Source: Geosiphon pyriformis uo1
Taxonomy: Eukaryota; Fungi; Glomeromycota
Direction: 5' to 3'
NCBI GenBank assembly: GCA_016748015.1
Contig: JAAOMT010000586.1
Location: forward strand, 665,483-729,482
Length of the DNA stretch: 64,000 nt
Shown: piece by piece, positions 37,542-51,790 of the stretch
How positions within the stretch are numbered: the stretch's first letter is position 1
Layout of the letters: each line of letters opens with the position of its first letter
Translations under genes and position numbers: made by a program
Notes under the pieces: generated by a model
Database searches by the model: none
What the model was told of the DNA's origin: nothing
Seen by the model: the letters and a program-made list of their open reading frames with translations, nothing else

Positions 37542-40500
37542 TATTATTAAAAAATCTTTATCTTTTTTTTTATGTTTTTAATGCTATTTGTTATTAATTT
37601 TGCTTTTAATAAAAGTTAATAAACTTCTAATAAGCTAATTTATTTTTTAAAATATTTTTTTATACTTTAAATTATATATGCTATTAGATTTATAATAGAA
37701 TGACCAATTTTGTGTAGTTCTTTTACAGTAAAAATTAATTTTTTTACAGAAAAATTTTATCTGTAAGCTTTCTAAATAATATATAGTTACTTTGCTATAA
37801 AAATTATTTTTTTACAGAAATTTTTAATTATAAACGACCCAATAAAAAAAATGTAAAAAAAATAAACTAAAAAAATAAATTCAAAAAAATTATTTTGGAT
37901 TTAAGCTTAAAAATACTAATAGTTTACTAAAATTAATAACTAATCAATTTTTATTTTTAAATAAATAATTTTGAAACAATAATAGTTAAAAGTTTTTGGT
38001 TTTTAAAGTAATTTTTATTGAAGTAATTTGTAGTGAAAATATATTTTAAGATAAAATGATGTTTAAAAACTAAAATATATTTTTCAAAAAAAAAAGTTTT
38101 TTTTATATAACTTATTGTAATACTATTTTATAATTTAGCATTTTTTTTTTAATATTTTAATAAACTAAAAATATATTTTGTTAAACTACAAGTTATTTTT
38201 ACAAATCAATAATTATTTTGGTAAACTATTAAGAATTTTGTCGAATTTTTTAATATTTTGGCAAATTTTGAATGTTATATAATTTAAAATATTACATAAT
38301 CTAATTATTACTATTTTGTTATATTTGTATTCTATACAAATTGAATTATTAATTAAATAATAATTTAGGTAATTTAATAATATAATAATTAATAATTTGA
38401 ATTAATAATATATATTAATTAATGATAAAAATTAAAAAAATAATCTTATGTTAATTAATAACTTAAATTTCTGTTAATAATATAATTTTTTCTACAAAAC
38501 TGAACTTTGTTAAAATTCAAATATTGTTTGTAATTTTCAGATAGTAATCCAAAATTATTGAAAAAATTTGGTTTGAAAATTGTTAAAATTTCAGTTTTGT
38601 AAACTTTTTAATATATTAAATCTTTAAAAATTTTTTATAAAATATTTTTACAAATATAAAATAGATTATAAAGTTTAAAAGCTGCTTTAATTTTGTAATA
38701 GACATTTGTTGATTCAGCTATTGTTTTAAATTTATTGTAAATTTGTTTTTAAATGGTTTTTAATATAAAGTTTATTGCTTTAAATTTTAGTTTTTTTTGT
38801 AAAATATTTTTTTAATCTAAAAATATTTATAAATTAATAAGTATTTATTGTTTTATTTATTAAAATACTGTTAAAATTTTGTTAAACTGTGGTATTTGGT
38901 AGAATATTAATAGAAATAAACAATAAATTTTTTCTTAAAACTTATTTTAAAAGTTTTGGTAAGTAAATTTCAAAATAATTTTTTGTGTTTTTTTTATAAG
39001 AATAATAATTTTATAAATTTTTACTAAAGTTGTAGCAAATTTTATCTAAGTATAATTATTATGTTTTTTAATAATAATTATAAATAATTTGAAAAGTGTT
39101 TTTAAGATTAATATTAATTTTGGAATAATTATTAAATATTTTAAAAAATAGTTATTATAAAAACTAATTAAATATGAAAAAAAAAAATTTTGGTCTTAAT
39201 TTTGTGTAAAAAAACTTTATTTTTAACTTTAAATTTATTAGTAATAAATAGTAGTTTCTTATTGTATTATTTTTTTTGTTAGACTTGAAAGTATTTTATA
39301 TAAGTAATTAAATTTTGTTATTTTTTTTCTAATATATTAAAAAATATGTAGACTTTTTGTTGAAGTGTTTTTTAAAAGTTTTTTTCTGTAATTGGCTAAA
39401 CTGAATAAATTTTACTGTAAAATTAATTGGTAATATTACTGTTTTTCTATAAATTAGATTAAATAAAGTGTGTTTTATTGTATTTTATTTTAATATTTTA
39501 TGTATTAGTAACATTAATAGAATAAAAATATATTATTTTTGCTTAAAATTAGTTAAAATTTTGGTTAATAATTTGCAAAGTGTTTTATTAAAATATTTTA
39601 CAATTTGATTTATTTGTAAATATTAAAATAAAAATAAAAATCTTTTAATATTAAATTGTTTACAAAATATGTTTTTAATTAGATAAAAATTTAATTGAGC
39701 ATCTGTATTTATAAATAATGTTTTTATAGATAAAATTTGTTATTAATTTTGTATATGTTTATTAAATTGCTTTTGTTTTAGATTATATTATTAGATAATT
39801 TATTATAATTGTAATATATTGGTTTTTTTGAGTTATAATAAACAGTAATCTAATTAAATCAATATTAACTTAATTAAAAATTTTAATTTTAATTGTATTT
39901 AAAAATTTTGTAAAGTATGTTTTTTTTTTAATAATTATTATAAAACTTGATATATTAGTAAATATTTTTTTATTTTAGACTAAAAATAATGTTTTAATGT
40001 TTTTTGGATTGTATTATTTTTTTCTAAATATGTTAATAATAAGTTTAAATACATATTATATTTTTTTATGTTTTTGAATTACTCAAAATAGATTGTTTGA
40101 ATTTTTGTAATTTTAATAATAAATAATATTATTATGTAAGAAATATTATTTTGTTTGGTATTATAATTAATGTTTTTTACTTGAAAATTAGTTTTTTGAT
40201 ATTATAAATGTTTTTAAATATTGTTTAAAATTATTATAGTTTTTAAAATCTATTGTTTGTTTGTTGTTTACTAGTTGTTATTAAGTTGATTAGTTTTTAG
40301 ATTTTTAATTTTGTCTTATTTTAGAAAAATAATTAATATTAATATATTGTTTTTTTAGTTTATAATATAAAATATATTAGTAATTTGCTAAAAATTCGGT
40401 CTATTAAATTTGTTTGGCATTCAACTTGGAATTTTTGTTTTAAAGCTATTTAAATTTAATATTATTAGTGATAATATCAAATTTTTTGGGCTTAAAATAT

Positions 40501-42715
40501 AGATTAAAATAATAAAAAACCCAAATTATAATTGTTGTTTCTAATTTAATAACAAACTAATTTTATTTTATCAATTTTAATATTTTGCTAACATAAACAA
40601 TTATTTTTTTATTGCTATTGTTATCTAATTAAAATAATATAATACCAAAAACTGTATATAAAGCATTTATAATTAGTTAAAATCTTTTGTTAAAGTTAAA
40701 ATAAATTAAAATTAAAACTGTTGTTAATTTTTTTTTAAAGATATTAAAAGTTTTTTGTTGTTTTGCTGTTTATTTATATTTAATATTTTTGTTGATTAAA
40801 TAGTTAATGGTTTGGTAATTTTAGAAAATTTTTTAATAAATTTTTAATAATAAAATATTAATTCTGTAAATTCTTTTAATTTAATAATATTTTAGGAAAT
40901 TTTAAAATTTTTAACAACACTGATTTTTTTTGAGTCTGGTTTGATTTCTTTTTTATTAACAATATGACCAAAAAAGGCCAAAATTGTTTTTTTAAAATAA
41001 TATTTCTTAATATTTAATTTTAATTTTGCTTTTTATAATTATTAAAAAATCTTTTGTAAGTAAATTAAGTAAAATTCAAATAATAATGAATAAATAATTG
41101 CTAATTGCCATAAAAGTTTAACATAAATAATATTCATAAGTTTTTAATTTAAAAAACATTATATTAAATTCATAATTTTTTTCTTGAATTGTAAAAATTG
41201 TTTTTAAATAATCTTTAGAATTTATAGCAACTTTTTAATATCTGCTTTTTAAATTTAATGTTAAAAAATATTTGAATTTTTTAAAAACATTAAGCATATT
41301 AACAATTTTTAATAGTAAATAAGTATTTTTAATTATAATATTATTTAATTATTAATAGTTAAGACAAAAACAGATTTTTTTATTTTTTATTTTTATAAAA
41401 ACTATTAAAAAAGTCTATAAATTTATTAACAATTAAATAAATCTATTGTTAAGCATTTATTGAACTTTTTTTTTAATAAATTAATAATTAATAAGTAATA
41501 TTTAATAAGCTTATTATTATTTTGTTTTTATATTTTTTGTGTAAATTTGGTATTAAACCAAATTAGTTTTTTATAAATTATTATTGTTCTTAGCAAATAT
41601 GTTTGCATATTTTATAATAAGCTGTTTAAGCTGTTTTTGTTATTGTAATTTAATTGTTTTATATTAATTTAAGATAATTTATTAATAATAATATAATAGT
41701 TTTTAGTAATAAGAATTAAATTAAATTTTAAAAATAAATATACAATTATTTTTGTAAAATTTAAAAATTTTTGTGGTAACTCTTGATAAAAAATATTACT
41801 GTGAATAATTTTAATTTTTAAGTAATTATTTAATATAATAGAGTAATTATTAGAATTATAAAAAATAATTTGAAATTTCTTGATTTTTTTAAATAAATAA
41901 ATGTTTAAAATTAAAATTTCATGTTTTTTGCAAATTTGTTCATTTAATTCAAAGATTTATTAGATAATAATAAGTATTAAACAGATATATGTTTTTTAAA
42001 TTTTTTTAAAAAATAAGAAAATAATTGTTTTTAATAGTTTAAAAATCCAATAAAATTTATTTTATATGTTAAAAATTATATTTACTAAAATTGTAAATTA
42101 TCTCATTGAATTAAATTTTTAGATTTTTTTACTTTTTATAATTTATCTTTATTTTTGATTAATTGCAAATCTAAAATGTTAATTAAGAGTAAATAAATAA
42201 CTTATGCAATTTTTTTAGCATATTTAATTTTAAATAACTTTTTAGTTTTATTTTAAAGCATTATTATAATGTTTTCAATATATTTTGTATTGATAATTTC
42301 TTTTTTAATATTAATTTTTTTGTTTGCCAATAAAAATTGGAAAGCAATTTGTATTATTGCTCTTAATAAAATTTTAAGAGAAATTTTTAAATTTATTTTA
42401 ATCAATAATTTTAGTTATAAAATCAATGTATTTTTTTCTAAATATTATAAATCATATCTAATATTAATTTTATAAGTTTTTTTAAGTTTTATTTTTTGTT
42501 TATTATTATTAAAATATTTAAACTATAAAATAAGCTGATTTTTAATAAAATAAATTAAAGTTGTTAAAATTTTTAACTGTATTTTTTATGTTCTAAATTC
42601 AATTTCATCTTTATTATTTTTAATAAATAATAGTATATTAAAAACATAATATTTGAAACACTATTGATTATTATAAGACATAATATATTTTTCATAAAGT
42701 TAAATATTTATTTAT
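37542..42715 (-). mobile_element. Extremely decayed Ty3/Gypsy element, 3' half: dUTPase, RT, RNase H, integrase, ORF3, PPT and family-A 3' LTR (37542..38482)
   Basis: Minus-strand remnants: IKINLKISLKIL..IQIAFQFLLANK (dUTPase, ~42320..42405), LAFFGHIV..IKPDSKKI (RT, ~40920..40990), RNase H at ~40380..40475, FNKTLCK and KHTLFNLIYRKTVILPI (integrase, 39420..39600), KAAFKLYNLFYICKNIL (ORF3, ~38640..38690). The LTR is the reverse complement of family A. Confidence 0.8.
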
Positions 42716-42723
42716 TATTATTA

Positions 42724-45587
42724 TTTTTTTATTAAATTTAATAAGCACAATCCAATTACTATTTAGTATATAGAAACAAACAAATAAATCAAATTAAATA
42801 TAGCTCATGTACTTTTTACATGTGATCAGCCATTTGGGCCAATCAAGACAGCATTACACATCTATAAAAACTTTTGTACTATTATTTAAACCAGAAAAAA
42901 ACAAATATGGCTTATGCAAACCAAAACTAACAACAAAAGACTTAACAATATTAAGCAAATAAACCATACTTTTAGATATTGTACTGAACAGATTATATGA
43001 CAGACTAGACATTACTCCTGTATTACAAATCAAACTATTCTTTTCTATGTTTGCTTTAAATTTAGATCTTAATAACTATAACTTACTATGATATTTATTT
43101 ACTATACAGCAAATAAAATTAACCACAACTAAAACAGTCTTTTTTCTATTCTTAAAAATAGACACTGTCTTTTTCACCTATTTTTTGAAAACAAAACCTT
43201 TGTACAAGACTGTATAAATACCAACATCTAAAGTATTCAGAAAGAGAGTTTGTAATACTAAAAATAATAATAAAGAGCATTCTCTTATTAAAAATTTCTA
43301 TAAGTCAACATAGCCAAAGATAATATTAGAGTATATAGAGACATTTTTCAAACAGATAAAAGCATGATCAGACAACTTAATGTTATTACACATCAAACAT
43401 AAAACACCCAGATAATTTTTGTTATATAGTTTCTTGCAAATAGCAACTGGTAATCTTCTATAGATGGCTTTTATTATATAAATATATAGAGCAGCTGACT
43501 TTTTACTAGTAAACTCAGCCAACATATGAAAGTTTAGATGCCAAACTGAAGCAATACAATCTTAATTCACATGCTAAATAAACAATCTATCCAAAACATT
43601 TACATCAGAGTCTATATTAAATAGTTTAGAGTATTGTGTAATTTAATCATCTTAATTTTTATAGTACAAATCGAATTATTGATTGAAAAATAATATTTGA
43701 TAATTTGATTAAATAATAAGTGATAATCAAAATAATAATAATATATGCTAATTAATAATTGGAATTATGAAAGTAATTTCATGCTAATTAATAGCTAAAA
43801 TTCTGCTGGTAACAACATTTAGGACTAGGCTGGAAAACTGTTAGTCTAAATGCATTCAACTTTGTCAACTTTCTCCACAAAGTTAGCAAAACTGTATTTA
43901 AGAGTGGCAAACCTATTACTTATATTCAAAAAAACCAGCAAAAAAGATTTAATATCTAAAAATAAACTAATACTAAAAGAAACCAAAGACACTATATAAA
44001 AAGAAGAACCACCAGCAATCTGAGTCCAAGTTTTCTCTCCAAAAAACACTGAACAGATAATTGGTACCTGCTTTTTTTTATAAATATTAACCAAACAAAT
44101 TTGATTCTACAAAGTTACCAACTATTTACTGCAACCACCAAAATTTTCATCCATAGAACACATACTAGAAACATAATTAAATTGTTTATACTAAGCACAA
44201 CAAGCCAAAAAAAGACCAATTTAATGTAAATTCACACTCTTAAAAACCAGAGTAGAATCAATAACAGCAATTTTAGATGTTTTATTAGCAAAACAAACTA
44301 CAACACATCTGTTATACACATATAAGCTTGAATTATGGCCAATAAAACAAGTTTTCTTACCATATAATTTCAACAAACCAAAAAAATTATGAACATTGGT
44401 GCTAATTAACAAAGTATATAACAAAGTTTAATGTAAATCCTTAGATACCTATAATTGTTTATTATTAATTGCTAAAACCACACACACAGAATTTTTTTCC
44501 ATAAGAACTGATTATTTAAAAGCAACTAATTTGACAACATCTAATAATTTAAACTTTACCAAAGCTTTTTGCCAAAGACTAATCAATTGTAATTTAATTG
44601 AAACAATCTTACCAAATTTGGAGAAAGCTAATTTTACTGTTAATTTAAAAAGATCTACTAAGATTTTCTTAACCATTATTTCCTAATTTGTGCAACTATT
44701 TGTTTTCTTTATATTATTATTAAATAGAATTTTCTTACTAATAGTTATCTTCTTAGCTTTTTTCAAACTCAACTCAAATTTAAAAGAAGATCTGATTATT
44801 CCTGAAAATTTTGAAGAAATAAAAACTCCAAAACTATCTACATAATAAAATTTTTTTTTAATACACAATAATTTATCATTATTAGTTTTGTTAGAAATAA
44901 CAAATAACTTAATATCTAAAGCAAATAATTTTGTTAAATTAAAACTCTGTTTTTTTAAAACACATAATCCAACCAATAAAAACAGTTTAAAACCAATAAA
45001 TTTAGGTAATAAAAGCATTAAAATATTATTGTTATTGCTTAAATCCATAAACAAAAAAGTTTTTGATAAGTGACTTAACACATATGTTTAAGTGTGAGTT
45101 TTCTGTAACATGATATTATTCATATTATCTTCTACTATTGAATTATTCAAATTAATATAGCTCATTTTCTTAGTAATCATATTTTTCATATTTTTTATGT
45201 CTAAAAGACTGCTAATACTGCTAATTTTACTACTGATTTTGCTACCTTATGACACTACAGACTTTTTATCAGAGGCACCAATATTTTTCAGACTTAAAAG
45301 ACCAGCAAACAAGTCAATCACACTGATATCTGCATCAGACTTTTTTGGTTTCTTATAAGATATACTGTAGAAGTAAACATTCTCCACACATTATTTTTTT
45401 ATGTTTAAACAAATTTTCAAACCAGCCAAATTCAAACCAGAACCATCAGCAAAAAAACCCACCAGATTTATTGTAATGATTAAAAAAAATAATTAAAGAG
45501 ATACAAAGTGAAAAAGAAAAAAAAAAACTAATTAAAACTTCAAAAATTTTTTACTCTCATTATGGCTGGGGGATCAACAAAAAAAAG
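42724..45587 (-). mobile_element. Composite LINE: 5' end and ORF1 (43815..45587) joined through a ~200-bp family-A LTR fragment (~43615..43814) to an ORF2 C-terminus and 3' UTR (42724..~43610)
   Basis: ORF1 fragments 44683..45081, 44221..44424 and 43846..44094; C-terminal CLMC..DHAFIC in 43298..43525; LTR terminus CTGCTGGTAACA at 43803..43814; endonuclease, RT and RNase H missing. Confidence 0.85.
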
Positions 45588-45589
45588 TT

Positions 45590-46985
45590 TTTAAAATTTT
45601 TAAAATAATAAATTAATTAATTATCTAATATTATTAAGTATTATTATGTTTATAATTAAATTCAATAGTATTTTATAACAGTTTTTAAATGGTTTAAAAA
45701 TTTTATAAACTGTTTTTAAATAAAATATACTATTAGTTTTTTAATAAAACTTTTTAATTAATATATTATTATTTTGTTAACCATTTTAATTAAGTTTTTT
45801 AAGTATAATATTTGTATATTTAAATGAGTTTTAAATTAATAATAACAATAATTAATTGAAAATTTTGTTTTCAAGTTTTTAAATATATTTGATATCAGTT
45901 TTATTATTTTTATTTTTATTATTATTAATATATTATTTATTATTATTTCTAACTTTTTAATAAATTTGTTAATAAATTTGTTATTGTATTTGAAAGTAAT
46001 TATGTATAATTTAAAATTATATGTTTTTTTTATATTAAAGTTTTTTATTGTTTTTTATATATATTTTATTTTAAAATTATTAATTGTAATTTTTAAATTC
46101 AAATTCAATTGTTATAAGTTTTTAAGTAATTATTAAGTTATATTGTTAATGTTTTTATGTATTATTGTTTTTAGTTTTAATTATTGTTTATGGTTTTTTA
46201 TATAAGTTTTATATTTATAAAATTATTTTTAAATATTTGTGTTATTATTATTAGTTTATTATAATATAATTTTAGTCAGTTATTATTGTTATAAATAAAC
46301 TTGATAAGATACAATTATAATGTTTAACACATAAGATTTGGTAATAAAAGTTAAATAGTTTTTGCTTAAATTGGTTTTGGTTACAAATCAATCTATTAGT
46401 TTCTAAAAATTTTTTAATTTAAAGTTTTATTTGTTAAGTTTTTTGGTTATAAAACATAAAAATATAAATTCTATTATTGTGTTGTTATAATTGTGTTTTT
46501 TTTATATTAGTTGATTATAATTGTTAAGATTTAGTATTGTTTTTTTACTTTTTTAATAAGCTAATAATATTTAATACTTAAAAAAAGCTTTTTTTTTTAC
46601 CAAGCTATTATAAAGTTTAATTCTAAAACAGTTAATTTTCAAAGTTGCTGCTTCACAAAAATAAAATAAAATAAAAAAATAAAAAAAATAAAAAAATTAA
46701 TATTTTGTTAATTATTATAATCAAAAATAATTGGTTTTAATTATTAAAATTTCAAAAATTAATGCTAATTGCATCTGGTTTGGAATAATAGTAAAATAAT
46801 TAATTAGATTTTAAAAATTAAAGTATTAAGATTATGAATTTGCAAATTGAATAATAAAATTTTTTATTTAATTAATTAAAAAAAAAAAATGAAAAAAATA
46901 TATTTTTAGACTCAAAATAAGATATTAAAATATAATTAATTTTTGTCTCTTTTTTTATTTGCTAAAACTACTTGTTTTTATACAT
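45590..46985 (-). mobile_element. Decayed short family-D LTR derivative: partial LTR (~46741..46985), leader, ORF3 C-terminal remnant
   Basis: 46280..46985 is colinear with 52300..53072. 45610..45780 reads KSFIKKTNSIFYLKTVYKIFKPFKNCYKILL, matching ORF3 at 48000..48120. Confidence 0.65.
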
Positions 46986-47845
46986 TGTTATGGGATGGTT
47001 TTCTTGGTATATTTAATTGCTGATATTCCATTTTAAATGCAATCGGTCTCTTGTGAGTTCTTTAATTCTATTTGTGTGATAATGTCACTGTTATATTGAA
47101 GGCTTTTTTTTTAATATTGCAATATAAGTTATTTCTCAATTTCTAATTGTTATGTGTGTTTATGTACTTCTTCCCAGAAGCTGAACTGAAATCTACCCAC
47201 TGTCTGAGGTCTTCTCTGAGGCTATCATTGTAATTGCCTAATGTGTTTCTCTAATCTAGAAACATGGAATGTTAATAGTCTTTAGTACTTTTCCTAATTC
47301 TTACAATAAAGCTTTTATCAATTAGTAACAATATGAATAATCTTGATCAGGGATTATTCTTCCAAGGGATTCAGCTGATAAATGATAGTTTTATTCAATA
47401 AATAATACAAGTAAGTTTCTTAACACATTGAATTCAGTTTTCAATATTCTTTTTCATTTCTTTTTGATTAAAAATTTTTGTGAATATATATTTTTAAAAG
47501 TAAAGACTAGAAGATAATTAAAGTGGAACTAAAGTAGAACTGTTGAATGAATTGTTTTGTTAGATGATATCATTTTTCTCAATATTAAAGCTACTATATA
47601 TATACATGTTTGTAGTTCTATAAGAAAACACATTGTAATACTTTCTTTTTGATATTTTAATCTGGTGTTTACCACTATTACTAGTTGGTGTTGGCCATTA
47701 TTACCAGTTGGTATTGGCCACTATTGTGAACTGGTACTTGTCACTATATTAATCATTACCTTTCTAAGATTATTACTGTGCTATATTATGATTAGATAAT
47801 TTATATTATTTTATGATTTTTTTGCTAAATTCTTGAACTGTAACA
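46986..47845 (-). repeat. 3' LTR of element B (860 bp, family B)
   Basis: TGTTA..TAACA termini, directly follows the PPT, ~21-bp tandem repeats at 47660..47745, inserted after ACAT within a family-D LTR. Confidence 0.85.
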
Positions 47846-48164
47846 TTATTCCCTCCTTTCAAGATTGAGTTTCATCGAAATTGAAGTTAATTTCTTCATT
47901 AAATTCTAAGTTGTTATAGTAGTCCAATACTGTATTATTAACTTGTTGTTGTAATTCTTGAAATTGTGAGTTGATAAGTCATTCAATACTGTTAGATCCA
48001 GTAATACTTTGTGACAATTTTCAAATGCTTTGAAAATTCCATAAACTGCTTTTTGAATGGAATGTACTGTTGGTTTTTCCAATAAAACTTTCTAATTGTT
48101 GGATTGTTGCTTTGTTATTTTGTCAATTACTTTAATTGATGGATGGGTTCATGATTTTTACATG

Positions 48165-49407
48165 TGTTTCATTCTTGACAAACAGTTAGCATTGGCATTT
48201 TTGGTATCTTCTTTGTATTTGATGATATAATTGTATGGTGCTAATATTTGTGACCATCTGGCATATTTTTTTTTTAGTGCTTTCTTGTTATTTAACCAGA
48301 CCAGACCTCTATGATCTGTGGTAATCTCAAAGGGTTGGTACTATAAATATGTGTCAAAGTGAACACAACTTCAGACTACTGCTAAGCATTCAAGTTTGTG
48401 TGCTGTGTAGTTTTGCTCTGCCGTACTGAGACTTCTGCTGGCATAAATGATTACATGTTCTCTTCTATTATCATCTTTTTGTGACAGAATGGCTCCAAGT
48501 CCAGTTCCAAAGACATCTGTGACCAAAATGAATTTTTTGTTGAAATCCAAATAGATCATTATTGGTGATTCAATGAGCTTTTGCCTAAAGTACTCAAAAG
48601 CTTTTTGCTGTGTTTTGGTTCATTCAAATTTCACATTTTTGAATAGTAGATAATTAAGAGATTTGGCGATGTTTAAAAAGTTTTCTACAAAGTGGTGGTA
48701 GTAAAATATAAGTCCTAAAAAGTTTCTAACTTCTAAAATATTTCGAGGTACTGGAAAATTTTTTACTTTGTCTATTTTTGATGGATCTGGTTTTATTCCA
48801 TCTTTTCCAACTATGTGTCCTAGAAATGCTAGCTCATTTTTTCCAAAGAAACATTTTTCTAAATTTAATTTAAGTCCAGCGTGTCTCAATCTCTCAAAAA
48901 CTTGTTGTAAATATTGGAGATAATCCATGAATTTTGATGAGAAAACATTTGTATCATCCAAGTAGACAACAACAGATTGCCACAGGATTTTAGAGTAAAT
49001 TACATTCATTAGTCTTTGAAATGTTATGGGAGCATTTGTCAATCCAAATGGCATTACATTGAACTCATAATTGCTATTTTGTGTTGTAAATGCTGTTTTA
49101 TGCCTGTCTTTTGGGTCCATTTCCACTTGCCAGTACCTACTGGTCAAGTCCAGTGTAGAAAACCATTTTGCTCCTCCAAAAATGTCAAAAATTTTGTCAA
49201 TTAACAGTATTGAATATGAGTCTTTGATTGTTTTGCTGTTTAATTTGCAATAGTCAACACAAAATCTAATTTTTCTGTTCTTTTTCCTTACTAAAACAAC
49301 TGGTAAGAACCATGGGCTCATTAATAGTTGGATTATTTCTTTTTCCAACATGCTTTAGACTTTTTCTCTAATAAAATTATGCTCCATTGATGGGACATGA
49401 TAAGTGC
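48165..49407 (-). pseudogene. Gypsy reverse transcriptase and RNase H (the N-terminal part continues at 50809..50900)
   Basis: SPWFLPVVLV, RFCVDY, LDLTSRYWQ, MPFGLTNAP, YLDD, FLGH; RNase H TD..G.GAILSQ and ITTDH. Confidence 0.95.
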
Positions 49408-50804
49408 TGTTACTGAGTGAAAGCTACAGGATTTGTAACTTCTTAGCAATGACAATAACTTTCACCTGGAACACACATTACCATGATTATGCTACTGACT
49501 ATAGCATATTATAAGTGTATAGACTATTTCAGTAGGTGGGAGAGCAAAAAGGATATGTGATAAGGTCATTAAAAGTGAAAGAAAGTATTGTCATTATTAT
49601 TTGTTTTTGGGCAAGAACTAGTCTTAGGTATTTGAAAAAAGGAAAAAAAAAGTCATATCTCTTTATATGTATCAGAAGCACAACTAGCAACAAGGAGTGA
49701 AATCAACTACTCAAAGAAATATGTAACCAGAATTCTTTCAATTAATTGTCAAAAGGGTGTGGTGTTCAAATGCCCACTTTAAAAACAAAGTTATAGGAAT
49801 TATAAAAGGAATTATGAAAGTCAAACATAACTGAAATAGATTTTGCTTAAACTTTTTATTATTAAGACTACTCTTTAACAATATAATACTTTATTACTTA
49901 TTTTTATTTTTAACAACTTGTTCAGTGAAACAAGACTTAATATAAAATGGTAATAACATATGATTTGAAAGATCGGAAGTAATAGAACAATTTAAAATGG
50001 TGATAACAAGTAAGTAAAAGATTATAAACAACGTAATTCCAAATGGTGATAAGAAATATGGAAAGACATATTTGAGATTGTGATCACAAGTATTTAGAGC
50101 ATAGAAAGGGGAGAGAACTAACTGTTTACTATAAAACTATAGCAAAAAGTTGACTCAATATTGAACTGATGCTTTTCTGAGCTGACAGAAGAGCTGTATA
50201 TATAGCTAAATTACATCAGATCTACATACTATATTATAACTATTTAAAATACATCAATTATTTATATACATTTAATTAATCAATTCATAATAAGCTTACT
50301 CGGTCTGTTATTTATCCAAGAGCTAGTAATTTAAATGATTAGATTTTAGATGGCTGGATCTAGAACATTGATTGTAAATCAATAATACCAATTGTGATTA
50401 TGATTAACATAATCAGAAGTAGATTAATTGATTACATTTCTTAGTAACTACTTTTAACTATTGATCACAAATCTGGAATGTTAGATTGTTCCAATAAGGG
50501 CATATGAGAATTTTGGAGCATAACAAAACCTGTTATTATCTAATTACATGTATCAATCATTCATTTCCATTGGTGTTTCTTAGTTTGCCAAGATTTCTTT
50601 ATATTCAACTTAGTTAAACTGTTGGATTGTGCCATATTTTTTTGTTGTAATTAGATTAATTGCTAATCATTTATTTCCAGATTGCTGACTGATTTTGTTG
50701 ATTAAGTACAATTATGTAGGCCTTTTTCACATGATTTTGATGTTAATTTTCATTGTATGTGTTGTAATTTTTGCATTGAAAAGTGTGAAAATCTTCTAGT
50801 AACA
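49408..50804. repeat. 1397-bp insertion with LTR-like termini (probable solo LTR, family E) splitting the RT N-terminus
   Basis: TGTTACT..AGTAACA inverted termini; TSD GTGC at 49404..49407 and 50805..50808; the pol frame resumes across it; no long ORF. Confidence 0.85.
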
Positions 50805-51389
50805 GTGCATTGTTTTTTAGGTCTGGCGTCTTCAGTGGGGATTTGGTGTTGAACCAAGTTGGTTTTTCCAAATTTGCTATTTCATGAAAATATATTAGAG
50901 TATTTTAAAATTAATGCTTTTAATTGTCACTGTTGGTCAGAATTCATTGTTTTAATGTTTAATTTGGCCAATTCTTCTGGCATAAATTGATAGTATTCCA
51001 ACAGTTGTTGCCAATTTATTGAAATGAGTTCACAGTAGAGGGCAATTTCTGGGAAATTTAGAATTTTTTGTGGTGTTAATGCATTTTCTAACTTCATTCC
51101 GAGGTATCCAATAATAGTATCTTCCAGAATGTAGACAGGTTTTTTTGTGGTGTTTGCAATAGGAATTTTTATCTATTGAGCTTTATCAGCTGAAATAAAA
51201 AAGTTAGTAAGTCCTATGAGAAACTGTTGGCAAGTTTCTGGGTAAGGCTCAAATATTAGGTCTTTTTCTTTAATTGTTTTTTTTATTCTTATTTCTGATT
51301 TTCCATATGGTAAGAGCATAATGGACTGCTCAGTTTTAATTACTTCGCCTTTTTCCTCTATTGTTTTAGCAAAATTCACTTAATTCCTT

Positions 51390-51790
51390 TTTCTGTTAAT
51401 CCAAAACCAAAAGTTTCTCTCGTTGTTTGTAACAATTCTTTATGATTTTCTACTGGCATAAATTTCTCAATTTTTACCAATGGTAGGAAAATTGCTTGTG
51501 TAATTTTTTCCTTAGATTCAATAGTATAAGGCTTTTCTGAATTGTTTTATAGCAAAACTATCAAATTTTTATTGTATTCAAAGTCAATTACTCCTCCTTG
51601 AATGCTTATTTTTTTTTTTGCAAGACTTGATCACAACACTATTTGAATCATTATTCCTGGTGGAATTTCAACTGCTATTTTTAGGTCAATTTTGGTGATG
51701 CTCCTGAGTAGTAATGTTGTGGATTTGTCTTCTGAATAATGTAGATCAAATCTGACATCAATTGGATGAGCTCTTTCGAATATTATTCCT
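51390..51790 (-). pseudogene. dUTPase domain of element B
   Basis: RAHPIDVRFDL, KIAVEIPPG, SSLAKK, GGVID-EY, EKITQAI and R-TFGFG: decayed motifs 1-5. Confidence 0.88.
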
